Below are positions 27,683 through 36,460 of a stretch of DNA of 40,487 nucleotides, in pieces. The notes below the pieces were generated by a model that was not told the origin of the DNA, ran no database searches, and saw only the letters and a list, made by a program, of their open reading frames with translations. The stretch lies in the IMG/VR virus record IMGVR_UViG_3300043411_000841, positions 1 to 40,487 of that record; one strand, given 5' to 3'. The stretch comes from a virus. Its lineage: Duplodnaviria; Caudoviricetes. Position 1 is the stretch's first letter. Each line of letters opens with the position of its first letter. Made by a program: the position numbers and the translations under genes.

Positions 27683-27714
27683 AATCTAATTATTTACAAA
27701 AATAAAGATTTTTG

Positions 27715-27742
27715 TTGACCAAGTAAAATATGGTGATATTGT
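27715..27742 (+). promoter_or_regulatory. sigma70-type promoter
   Basis: TTGACC-N16-TATTGT with extended TG; ATG 27748 is 5 nt downstream. Confidence 0.6.
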
Positions 27743-27747
27743 TCAGC

Positions 27748-28473
27748 ATGTATTTTGAACAACTAACAACACCGACCATATATGGTTTAGGTGATACTCA
27801 CGACCTGGGAATATGCCGTAGAATCATAGAAAAATATGATTTAACAGACTGTGTATTGATCGGTGTTGGTGATCATGGTGAGGGTTTCGGCCAAAATCCG
27901 ATTGAGCGTGATGCACCAGTATTATTCAATTTATTAAATCCGACGTTGGTTGAAAGAAATATTAAATTTCTGGTTATAAGAGGGAACCATTCTAACCCCG
28001 ATTATTTTATACCTGACCATTATTTTAATACAAATCTATCAAACATTGAGTTTGTTCAGGATTATTCATATAAAACTATCAATGATAAAGCCTTTTTATT
28101 TGTTGGTGGTGCAACATCTATTGATAGACAAACTAGAACATCTGGTATAGACTATTGGAAAAACGAAGAGTTTGTCTTGCCCTCTGATTTATCAACATTG
28201 AAACCAGTAGATGTGTTAATAACACATTCTACTGCTACTGAATGTCCGCCGTATGGTTTTGCAAATATTACTGGTTGGTTTACAGACGATCCGACTCTAA
28301 AAAACGAATTGATTACTGAACGGCAAAATATATCAAAATTGATTGAGCACGTTAATTGTTCACAAGTATATTTTGGCCATTTTCATCAAACTATATCTGA
28401 ACGGATAGACAACATTTTTTATCGCGGTCTTGATATAAATGAAGTAATATCCATCTCTAACTATCTACAATGA
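27748..28473 (+). CDS. calcineurin-like metallophosphoesterase
   Basis: GDTHD, GDHG, RGNHS, ITHS and FGHFH motifs. Confidence 0.9.
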   Translation: MYFEQLTTPTIYGLGDTHDLGICRRIIEKYDLTDCVLIGVGDHGEGFGQNPIERDAPVLFNLLNPTLVERNIKFLVIRGNHSNPDYFIPDHYFNTNLSNIEFVQDYSYKTINDKAFLFVGGATSIDRQTRTSGIDYWKNEEFVLPSDLSTLKPVDVLITHSTATECPPYGFANITGWFTDDPTLKNELITERQNISKLIEHVNCSQVYFGHFHQTISERIDNIFYRGLDINEVISISNYLQ

Positions 28474-28820
28474 ACACACCTAAAGAACAAACATATATAG
28501 ATCAGGAAGCATCAAAATTAGCAAATTTGTTGTTAAAACGTATTGCGGATTATGTTGAAGAGACATACGATGGTGTGTTATCCCCGACTGACTCAATAGA
28601 TTTGGATATTGAATATCGGGCGGTAAACAATCAGCAAAAGTTTAATGAATATGCACTACCCATAACCAAGGCAGTTGTTAAAAAAATTAAACATATGATG
28701 TATGATGACCGAAAGGTTTTGGTATCTACTATAAAGGATAATCTCTGGCAGGACCTGTCCTCAACGACAATCAATCTGATTATTAGGCCATATACATTTT
28801 GGGAAAGAATGTTTAAATGA
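28470..28820 (+). CDS. hypothetical protein
   Basis: ATGA overlaps at both ends. Confidence 0.65.
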   Translation: MNTPKEQTYIDQEASKLANLLLKRIADYVEETYDGVLSPTDSIDLDIEYRAVNNQQKFNEYALPITKAVVKKIKHMMYDDRKVLVSTIKDNLWQDLSSTTINLIIRPYTFWERMFK

Positions 28821-29281
28821 AAGTAAACAATATAACACGAAAACATGCACGGTATTGGGATTCACCTGTTGATCCTGATAAAGATATTTGGATTTCTATT
28901 GAAGAACCGGGTTTAGAAGAATCTGTGGTTAGGGATTCTCCGTTAGAAAAACTACCACATCTTCGTATTGCATTCTGGGATATTGTTAAAATAACTCAGG
29001 GATTTGGATTAGACGAATATTTTTATCCACCCACAGAAGACGATGCAAAACAAATAGTTGATTTTATATTAGCTCATCCAAATAAGAACGTGGTAGTGAA
29101 CTGTAAGGCCGGGGTCTCCCGCAGTTCAGCTATTTCACGATTTTGTTCAGAATATTTAGGATATGAATGGGATGCCGAAGGATTTACACGAGCAGTTCCA
29201 AATCAATTGTTATATGATATGATGGTAAAATATCATAATAAACCAAAGAAAACTGTTATCAACGACAAAAGGAGAAAATAA
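28817..29281 (+). CDS. CX5R (PTP/dual-specificity) phosphatase
   Basis: IAFWDI acid loop, VNCKAGVSRS P-loop, PN motif. Confidence 0.85.
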   Translation: MKVNNITRKHARYWDSPVDPDKDIWISIEEPGLEESVVRDSPLEKLPHLRIAFWDIVKITQGFGLDEYFYPPTEDDAKQIVDFILAHPNKNVVVNCKAGVSRSSAISRFCSEYLGYEWDAEGFTRAVPNQLLYDMMVKYHNKPKKTVINDKRRK

Positions 29282-29282
29282 C

Positions 29283-29636
29283 ATGGAAGAAACTAGACAT
29301 CATGGATGGTATTGGTGGGAAGGACATGCACCAGAAAAGAATGTATTCGGACACCAATATACTGCTAAATCAAATTGGGTGGTGAAATGCTGGACATTTG
29401 AAGGAGAAGGATATGCGACCTCTGCAAATTGGAGAGAGCCAATGAGACAACAGGATATGTCGAAAAATGGAAAATGGGGACCACAAGTTATATGGGATAA
29501 AACTAAAAAAGATATCCAACAAGTTCCTATATGTTTGGATAGTATTCTGAAAAAAGTTAATCAATCCAATATTGGTCAATATTGGATTGATGGTGTCCCT
29601 AATTATGAAGAATGGGGGTATCAGAACCAAGATTAA
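29283..29636 (+). CDS. Trp-rich hypothetical protein
   Basis: Operon position. Confidence 0.55.
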   Translation: MEETRHHGWYWWEGHAPEKNVFGHQYTAKSNWVVKCWTFEGEGYATSANWREPMRQQDMSKNGKWGPQVIWDKTKKDIQQVPICLDSILKKVNQSNIGQYWIDGVPNYEEWGYQNQD

Positions 29637-29643
29637 AAATCAA

Positions 29644-29928
29644 ATGAGAAAGTTAATTTACAATAACATCGTATGGGAATATAGTGTTGGTAAAAAGTTT
29701 GTTCTTGTTAGAACCAAGACATTGCGCAAAAGAATCTTAATTGAGAAACACCGCTGTCCACATTCTGCATATTATGCATGTGAGTGTTGCGGATTTCAAT
29801 TCTGGAAAGGTAGTATTGAAGAAACTCAACTTTTATCGGATGGTTGGGATCACGGATTATATCTAAAAATCGCAATAAAGCCGCACCACATTAAACAATT
29901 AATAGAATATCACACTAAAAAGATATGA
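29644..29928 (+). CDS. hypothetical protein
   Basis: Likely start is ATG 29644; CECCG motif. Confidence 0.6.
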   Translation: MRKLIYNNIVWEYSVGKKFVLVRTKTLRKRILIEKHRCPHSAYYACECCGFQFWKGSIEETQLLSDGWDHGLYLKIAIKPHHIKQLIEYHTKKI

Positions 29929-29956
29929 AAGACTTAGAAATAGCAGAATTTTAACT

Positions 29957-30403
29957 ATGAGAAAACAACAAACCGGAAAACTAGCAAGCAAGGAATTAAA
30001 TGCTGTGATAACATCACACAAAAACTATGATACATATAGTAATATCAGCAACATCAAAGAAATTGGGATTTTACTTAAAATGTATCGTTCCATTTATAGT
30101 GGTCACAAAAAAAGAGCATCGAAATTATTTGGACAGTTGCCTACATTTACCAGATCTCAATTACCTAAATGGGTAATAAATTATTTTGTGTCTGAAAATG
30201 ATATGATGACATACGAACAGTGGAAACTGTTTGGGCGTCATGTGCGCAAGGGAGAAAAATCATATATCAGAAATCCCGCAGGACAATGTTTGTTTTCAAA
30301 GAAACAAACTAATGAATATAAAAATAAAAACAGATATCCAGAAGAAGAGGATGAATTGATTGAAGCATATGGTTCTACCGGACAATATGAAGGACAATGG
30401 TAA
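29957..30403 (+). CDS. hypothetical protein with ArdC-N-like motif
   Basis: TYEQWKLFGRHVRKGEKS resembles the T-Y/F-x-Q-W..G.V.KGEK motif of ArdC ssDNA-binding domains. Confidence 0.5.
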   Translation: MRKQQTGKLASKELNAVITSHKNYDTYSNISNIKEIGILLKMYRSIYSGHKKRASKLFGQLPTFTRSQLPKWVINYFVSENDMMTYEQWKLFGRHVRKGEKSYIRNPAGQCLFSKKQTNEYKNKNRYPEEEDELIEAYGSTGQYEGQW

Positions 30404-30410
30404 AATTGAT

Positions 30411-30439
30411 TTGACAACGCACATCAGATGGAGTATAAT
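30411..30439 (+). promoter_or_regulatory. consensus sigma70 promoter
   Basis: TTGACA-N17-TATAAT, ATG 5 nt downstream. Confidence 0.85.
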
Positions 30440-30444
30440 AAAAC

Positions 30445-31797
30445 ATGTTAACAAAATCTAAAAATCACAATACAAATTATTTGGCTTCAATCGTAAAAAT
30501 CGAGTCTTTTAGGCCACATCCGAATGCAGATAAACTTAAAATTGCGACATTGCACGGCAATAATGTAATTACTGGTATTCAGGCAGAACCTGGAATATAT
30601 TGTTATTTTCCGTTGGAATGTGCGCTCTCTAAGGAGTTTCTTTCGTATACCAATTCATTTAGAGAATCTGTCCTAAATTTGGATAAAACTAAGAAGGGAA
30701 TGTTTGAACAGTCTGGTAGGGTAAAGGCCCTCCGCTTACGTGGGGCTCCTAGCGAAGGATATATTATTCCGGTTTCGGTTCTAGAAGACTTTAGTTTAGG
30801 CTTTCTGAAAGCACCAATATCTATTACCGATAAATTCTATGGAATAGATTTTGACCAAATTGGTGATCATCAGATTTGTCAAAAATATATTCCTAGAGGA
30901 CAGAGAACCCCTGGCATACCAGGAAAGAAATCAAAGGGAAATACCAAACGATATGAATCTAAGTTGGTAGAAAATCAGTTTAAATTTCACTATGATACTG
31001 CACATTTAAAACGTGAGGTGAATAATATTCAACCAAATGATTTAATTGCAATCACAAACAAAATTCATGGGGCGAACTTCATTGTAGCCAATGTATTGAC
31101 TAAGAGACATCTTGGTTGGAAAGATAAGATCGCTAAGTTTTTTGGTGTGAAAGTCCAGGAAACTGAATACGGTATGCTTTACAGTTCGAGAGCAGTTATA
31201 AAAAACGCGACATTCAATGATGAAAAAGAAAACAATCATTTTTATGATGCCGATATTTGGAAGATAGTGGCAGATCGACTATTTCCGTGCTTGAAGGAAG
31301 GTATTACTGTGATTGGTGAAGTTTATGGTTATACTCCATCAGGCAGTTTTATCCAGAAGAATTATGATTATGGTTGCGCTCCTGGACACCTTGATTATGT
31401 GGTATTCCGCATGACCTATACAAATCCAAAAGGTGATGTATTTGAATTCAGTCATAAACAAGTTCAAGAATATTGTGCTCGTTTTGGAATCAAGACACCA
31501 GAAACATTTTATCATGGATTTGCAAAAGATTTATTTGATCTGGATATTGAAAATCATTGGCATGAAAACTTTTTGAATAAAATGATAGAGACTTATTTGG
31601 AAAAGGATTGTCATCTTTGTAAGTCTGTTCCTGGGCTACCATCAGAGGGTGTAATCTTGCGTAAAGATTCAAATGTTGATTGGGAAGTATATAAATTGAA
31701 GAGTTTCCGCTTCTTACAGAAGGAGAGTGAACAACTGGATACTGGTGTGATTGACATAGAAACTCAAGAAGCAAATAACGAAGATATCAATGAATAA
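30445..31797 (+). CDS. RNA ligase (DRB0094/Rnl2-like, N-terminal OB-fold domain)
   Basis: HPNADKL N-domain, LRLRGAPSEG, motif I KIHGAN, GEVYG, EGVILR and KLKS. Confidence 0.88.
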   Translation: MLTKSKNHNTNYLASIVKIESFRPHPNADKLKIATLHGNNVITGIQAEPGIYCYFPLECALSKEFLSYTNSFRESVLNLDKTKKGMFEQSGRVKALRLRGAPSEGYIIPVSVLEDFSLGFLKAPISITDKFYGIDFDQIGDHQICQKYIPRGQRTPGIPGKKSKGNTKRYESKLVENQFKFHYDTAHLKREVNNIQPNDLIAITNKIHGANFIVANVLTKRHLGWKDKIAKFFGVKVQETEYGMLYSSRAVIKNATFNDEKENNHFYDADIWKIVADRLFPCLKEGITVIGEVYGYTPSGSFIQKNYDYGCAPGHLDYVVFRMTYTNPKGDVFEFSHKQVQEYCARFGIKTPETFYHGFAKDLFDLDIENHWHENFLNKMIETYLEKDCHLCKSVPGLPSEGVILRKDSNVDWEVYKLKSFRFLQKESEQLDTGVIDIETQEANNEDINE

Positions 31798-32089
31798 AGA
31801 ATCGAGAAATCGTCTAGGTGAAAAGGACACCGCTAGAATTAGTGGAAACGTTGGTTTGAGTCCAACTTTCTCGACCATATCAAAGAAGAAAAAAGCTGTT
31901 CTTTGGTCCCGACTTAGAAAAGTGGATAGACAGATATCTAAATTGTTGGGACATTCATGTTCAATAAAATATATGTTGGATTCTGACTGGTATCACAAAG
32001 TTTGGCCAGAAAGAATTGGTAAATTAATAAAATTGGATCTGAAGAGAAAACAGATTAGAAATCAATTAAAAGGGTATGGAAAAGTTTGA
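31790..32089 (+). CDS. basic hypothetical protein
   Basis: Overlapping operon gene. Confidence 0.5.
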   Translation: MNKESRNRLGEKDTARISGNVGLSPTFSTISKKKKAVLWSRLRKVDRQISKLLGHSCSIKYMLDSDWYHKVWPERIGKLIKLDLKRKQIRNQLKGYGKV

Positions 32090-32273
32090 ATTACCTACAT
32101 TTGAATTGACTTCTGATGAACATGGAAGTATCTTGTTGGAAGAAAAACCAGAGCACTATATGGCACGGATAGTTCGTTATCATATGGAAACCAAAAATGA
32201 ATTAATTAGAAAAGCCTTGATCCTACAAGGATGGACACCTCCAGGTGGATTAACAGAAGAAGACTTGAAATAA
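32076..32273 (+). CDS. hypothetical protein
   Basis: LIRKALILQGWTPP C-terminal motif. Confidence 0.6.
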   Translation: MEKFELPTFELTSDEHGSILLEEKPEHYMARIVRYHMETKNELIRKALILQGWTPPGGLTEEDLK

Positions 32274-32274
32274 T

Positions 32275-32682
32275 ATGAATAAAGAATTGCCAAAAGATTT
32301 GACCAAAAATGTTTGGACCGAAAAAGCAAAGGAAGAAGCTAGTCGTGTCGTGATGGATGCATTATCCGGTGGATTGACATATAAACATGAAAAATTAAAA
32401 AGTGATGAAGATATTCTACGAGAATGTCTTAGGCTTTTACCGTGTGGCTATATTCCTTATCATACCAAAGATAAAATTCCACGTATGATTCAAGACCTGC
32501 TCGAAGAAATAAAACCTCAATGGACATATCATGATATTATTTTAGATTTATTGATTGGTATTGAAGATTGGTATAATCGAGGAAACCCCCTTCCAGATGA
32601 AATAAAAAAACCTTATTTAGAAGCCACTAGGTTTTTATATGGCGAAGAAGATTATCAAAAAGAATTAGAAAAACTAAAATAA
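32275..32682 (+). CDS. hypothetical protein
   Basis: TAATATG coupling. Confidence 0.6.
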   Translation: MNKELPKDLTKNVWTEKAKEEASRVVMDALSGGLTYKHEKLKSDEDILRECLRLLPCGYIPYHTKDKIPRMIQDLLEEIKPQWTYHDIILDLLIGIEDWYNRGNPLPDEIKKPYLEATRFLYGEEDYQKELEKLK

Positions 32683-32683
32683 T

Positions 32684-32969
32684 ATGAAAGAAATAAACGA
32701 ACAAAATAAAGAACATATCCTAAAAGGTAAAAAAGTAGTAGTAAAATTTGGCGCACCCTGGTGCAATTCCTGCAAAATGTACGATCAAGTATTAGATATA
32801 CTTTATTCACATGAAATATATTTCATGTGATGTTGACACGAACACTGATTGGGCCAATAAATTGTCAATTCGTGCAGTTCCAACCACTATTTTATTTGAC
32901 AATGGTGTGGAAGTCCGTAGATTGACAGGCATCCAATCAAAAGAAACAGTATTAAAATTATTTGAATAA
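32684..32969 (+). pseudogene. trxA: thioredoxin split by a one-base frameshift (not in ORF track)
   Basis: 32684-32830 encodes KFGAPWCNSCKM; 32811-32969 (+1 frame) encodes CDVD..IRAVPTTILFDNGVEVRRLTG. Confidence 0.8.
32807..32830. repeat. perfect 24-bp palindrome
   Basis: TCACATGAAATA TATTTCATGTGA at the thioredoxin frameshift. Confidence 0.9.
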
Positions 32970-32970
32970 T

Positions 32971-33297
32971 ATGCAAATAGATAAAACCGAAAAAGAGTTT
33001 AAAGAGTTTCTAACTACCGCATTGCCAGACGTTATATGTGATTATCTGAAATCACAACAAATCAGATTTGAATACGATAATGATCTATTAGCAATAGAAC
33101 ATCAGGAATTCCTTAAAAAGGAATATTTCGCTTTTGGTTGCAAAGAATGCTGCTTGGATGAAAATAATCAAGAATATTCACACCAAGAAATGCGTTGGAT
33201 GTGGAATTGTTTGTGTGGTAAACATGAACGATTAGTAGATATCCGTGTTTGTAAAAAATGTGGCCACGAAATACCAACAATTATACTTTGCGCATAA
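32971..33297 (+). CDS. Cys-rich (Zn-binding) hypothetical protein
   Basis: CKECC, CLCG and CKKCG. Confidence 0.6.
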   Translation: MQIDKTEKEFKEFLTTALPDVICDYLKSQQIRFEYDNDLLAIEHQEFLKKEYFAFGCKECCLDENNQEYSHQEMRWMWNCLCGKHERLVDIRVCKKCGHEIPTIILCA

Positions 33298-33300
33298 ATT

Positions 33301-34008
33301 ATGGAACTACTAAAAATTCAAGAACTACTATACCAAGCATTTGATTTCTTCAATAAAGAACTGTCTGACAATTCTTTACCAAAACCTGTGATCACTGTTC
33401 TTTCAAGAGGAACTAAAAAGCGAGCACTGGGTTGGATGTGGCGAGATAAATGGCAAGTTGGGTCTGATATTCAACATGAAATTTCAATCTCTGCTGAAAC
33501 ACTAGATCGTCCATTCGAAGAACTGTGCCACACATTATTACATGAAATGGCACATTTATATAATGTTCATGCCAATATAAACGACTGTAATCCTGCTGGC
33601 AGGCACAATAAAAAGTTTAAGAAAACCGCAGAAAGTGTTTTCAAACTAGAAGTTCATAATGATCCAAAATTAGGATGGGCATACACTAATCTAACTGATG
33701 AAAGTCGGGCACTGGTAGATCAGTTCAAACAACAGGCTGTTATCAAAGAATGGTCGTTAAAACGGCTTGATCCACAAAAACCAGTGGTAGAAAAAGTTCA
33801 TACAATTCAACTTACACAAGATCATAAAGAATGGTTAAAAGAACAGGCTGAAGAAGAAGGTATTAAACCCCGTGAATTACTTGCCAAAATTATTGAACAA
33901 TATAAATATAAACTTGAAAATGATGGACTACTGGGAGAAGATGCGGTTGATGGCAGAGCTACCACTGAAAGCATTGCCGATCAGGAAGACAATCAAAATG
34001 ATAGTTGA
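33301..34008 (+). CDS. SprT-like metalloprotease with C-terminal ribbon-helix-helix-like domain
   Basis: TLLHEMAHL and RHNKKF; C-terminal TIQLTQDHKEWLKEQAEEEGIKPRELLAKII. Confidence 0.75.
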   Translation: MELLKIQELLYQAFDFFNKELSDNSLPKPVITVLSRGTKKRALGWMWRDKWQVGSDIQHEISISAETLDRPFEELCHTLLHEMAHLYNVHANINDCNPAGRHNKKFKKTAESVFKLEVHNDPKLGWAYTNLTDESRALVDQFKQQAVIKEWSLKRLDPQKPVVEKVHTIQLTQDHKEWLKEQAEEEGIKPRELLAKIIEQYKYKLENDGLLGEDAVDGRATTESIADQEDNQNDS

Positions 34009-34061
34009 TTCACAAACAGAAGCGGTTACATTAGAAGAAGCAAGAGAACAAGTTAAAAAAT

Positions 34062-34517
34062 ATGGAAAATATGGTTCGTAAATTTATTCATCTATTATTC
34101 CCCACAGCATCATCACATAAAACTGTATGGGTTGGATATTATAATTTACAAATTGAGTATGATACACCATTTCAAGGAAAATGGAAAGAACACAAAACTT
34201 GTAGATTGTATGAAGTCCGTGAATCGTATTCACCGGACGAAAATCGGTTTACTGATCCAGACAAATATCTTATACGTGATGTATATTGCATGTATGTTGA
34301 ACCGTGTGATGTTGAGAATATGCGGTTTCAAGATAATAGAATTTATTTTGATGTTGAGAAATATAAGTCCGGTGTATTAGAAATGTATTCGTCTATACGA
34401 CCTTTAACTGGTCCAGTAGGTCTTTCATTTGCAATGAGAGAATTCTATGATATAAAAGAATTACCACTAGAATGTGATAAATTGATTAACCAGAATTTTG
34501 AAAAATTAACACTATGA
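34062..34517 (+). CDS. hypothetical protein
   Basis: 151-aa ORF in operon. Confidence 0.6.
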   Translation: MENMVRKFIHLLFPTASSHKTVWVGYYNLQIEYDTPFQGKWKEHKTCRLYEVRESYSPDENRFTDPDKYLIRDVYCMYVEPCDVENMRFQDNRIYFDVEKYKSGVLEMYSSIRPLTGPVGLSFAMREFYDIKELPLECDKLINQNFEKLTL

Positions 34518-34963
34518 ATGAAAATAATACTGAAAGCGTTAAAGAATACGGTCCCTATTGCGGAACCTTTGATCCAGTCGTGGAAAAGACTTATATGATG
34601 CATACGGATTTGGAATCTGGTAAATTAGTATACACCAAAGAAAACCCTGAAGATGATGAATTAGTTCGAAACAAGATATTAAGTCTACAGAAAGAAAACA
34701 AAAAATTACATGAAATGTTGACGGAAGCTAAATCTATCACATTAGATTCTGATGGGTTTTATAAGAAATATGTGCCGTGTAAAGTTTTGAATAAATATTA
34801 TAAACCAGGATTTTTCACAAGAAAGTATTATTTTACAATTGAAATATGCGGTGATGTGCAAGATATTAGAGTAAATGCGAAAAACTTTTACAAAGATTTT
34901 GAAATGGATAAAATTTTGATGAAATCAGAAGATCAAAAGACGTGGTATATTGCATATAATTAA
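34514..34963 (+). CDS. hypothetical protein
   Basis: ATGA overlap. Confidence 0.65.
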   Translation: MNENNTESVKEYGPYCGTFDPVVEKTYMMHTDLESGKLVYTKENPEDDELVRNKILSLQKENKKLHEMLTEAKSITLDSDGFYKKYVPCKVLNKYYKPGFFTRKYYFTIEICGDVQDIRVNAKNFYKDFEMDKILMKSEDQKTWYIAYN

Positions 34964-34966
34964 ACT

Positions 34967-35320
34967 ATGAGTGAAGAAAAAGAACAAACAACTGAACTAC
35001 CAGAAATCATACCAATCCAATTAGAATTGGTGCCTCTGCCTTATCGTAAAGCATGGAAGAAAATCTTGACGAAGGAAAAAGAGGTGATTGCGGACTCAAC
35101 TATTGTTGGACCTTCAAAAGTATTTGCCGATCTTTCTTATCCTTTTTGTATCAGCCTTATCAGCCCTGATCAGATGGTAATCATTTTTAAAATGGTGAAA
35201 AAAAGTCAATTGGAGGGAGGGCAAGACGAAATTAAACAATTCGGATTTCCGATTTCCCGTAAGACATGGAGAAAAGATATTTTGAAACTAGCTAAAAAAG
35301 TGGATGGAAAAGGTGAATAA
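34967..35320 (+). CDS. hypothetical protein
   Basis: Operon position. Confidence 0.65.
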   Translation: MSEEKEQTTELPEIIPIQLELVPLPYRKAWKKILTKEKEVIADSTIVGPSKVFADLSYPFCISLISPDQMVIIFKMVKKSQLEGGQDEIKQFGFPISRKTWRKDILKLAKKVDGKGE

Positions 35321-35537
35321 TAAATTGAAGGTGAGTATGATAAACAAACTTAAAATGGTTGGTTGGATATTATGGTATTTCTTTTGTATGGTTTTGATCA
35401 TAATGCTGTTCATTACTACTTTGGGAATATTAATGGCCCTAGCAGGACCATACATTAAATGGATAATATTGATACTATTGTTAACAATTATCGGCAATTT
35501 TTCGTATCAATTAGCAAAACATAAACTAGGTAAATAG
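35304..35537 (+). CDS. small membrane protein (2 TM)
   Basis: Two hydrophobic segments; start uncertain. Confidence 0.55.
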   Translation: MEKVNNKLKVSMINKLKMVGWILWYFFCMVLIIMLFITTLGILMALAGPYIKWIILILLLTIIGNFSYQLAKHKLGK

Positions 35538-35754
35538 TTATACAATCAATATACTGTGTATGGTGTCGGACACAAGACAATCAAATTTGTGAACTTAAAA
35601 AAGGTAACTATCTAGATTGTTTATCAGAATTTTATAATTGTGAAGAAACATCAATGATAGATGTTGCGTTATTCGGTCCAATTGGTTACGATTATCACCA
35701 TATTTTGAAAAATAATATAGACCTCTCCCAAAATCCTAATATCGAGGTATATTG

Positions 35755-35967
35755 TTAATCAAACAAATTTCTAATCCAACTGGTTTTTGGTATATCTTCT
35801 AAATTTTTATCAGCCCGTTCTTTTGCCCTTTTCAATTCAAAATCGGTGAAAAGTAAAGGAACTTCAGTTTCGTCTTCTAGTTGAACACGAATATAATTAT
35901 AATTAGTGTTCGCCGCAAAATGTGGATTTTTATTTCCCACGGTTTTTAGATCAGATATTCTTGCCAT
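35755..35967 (-). CDS. hypothetical phage protein
   Basis: LLFTDFELKRAKERADKNLEDIP; coupled to upstream gene. Confidence 0.7.
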   Translation of the reverse strand: MARISDLKTVGNKNPHFAANTNYNYIRVQLEDETEVPLLFTDFELKRAKERADKNLEDIPKTSWIRNLFD

Positions 35968-35968
35968 A

Positions 35969-36460
35969 TTATCGAAGTCCGATAGACTGTTTAATGTATT
36001 GTAACTTATTCTGGATCAGCATTTTAGCCCTGCTAATTTCATCTGTGGGGTCATCTCCTACTGGAAGATTTTGTAGTGCGATCATCAATTTTTTATAATC
36101 ATGTTTCATCTCTTCGATTTCTGACGGAGAAGGTTTATATATGTGTGATTCACCAACTGGCTCTACTACTTCTATCTCTGGATGCATGTCCAATAGCTTT
36201 TTGGCTAAGTCTTGGATTTTTCCTGCACGATAATAAGTGTCTTCGCCAATTTGTTTACGAAGTTTTTTGATGTGGTTTATGATCTTAGTCGCAATCTCAG
36301 TCTCTGTAATTTCGTCTTCAATGGTTTCTTGTTCACCACAATCACCTTCACAGTCAGGCGGCTCAGTAGCAACCGTAATCGGCCCTACTGGTGTAAGCGT
36401 TGCAGATGATGCAAGATCGCTCAAAATATTTTCATAAAGGGTATCAAAATTTTTAGTCAT
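35969..36460 (-). CDS. probable internal head protein
   Basis: MTKNFDTLYENIL N-terminus, acidic, ITE and VGES putative cleavage sites. Confidence 0.55.
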   Translation of the reverse strand: MTKNFDTLYENILSDLASSATLTPVGPITVATEPPDCEGDCGEQETIEDEITETEIATKIINHIKKLRKQIGEDTYYRAGKIQDLAKKLLDMHPEIEVVEPVGESHIYKPSPSEIEEMKHDYKKLMIALQNLPVGDDPTDEISRAKMLIQNKLQYIKQSIGLR

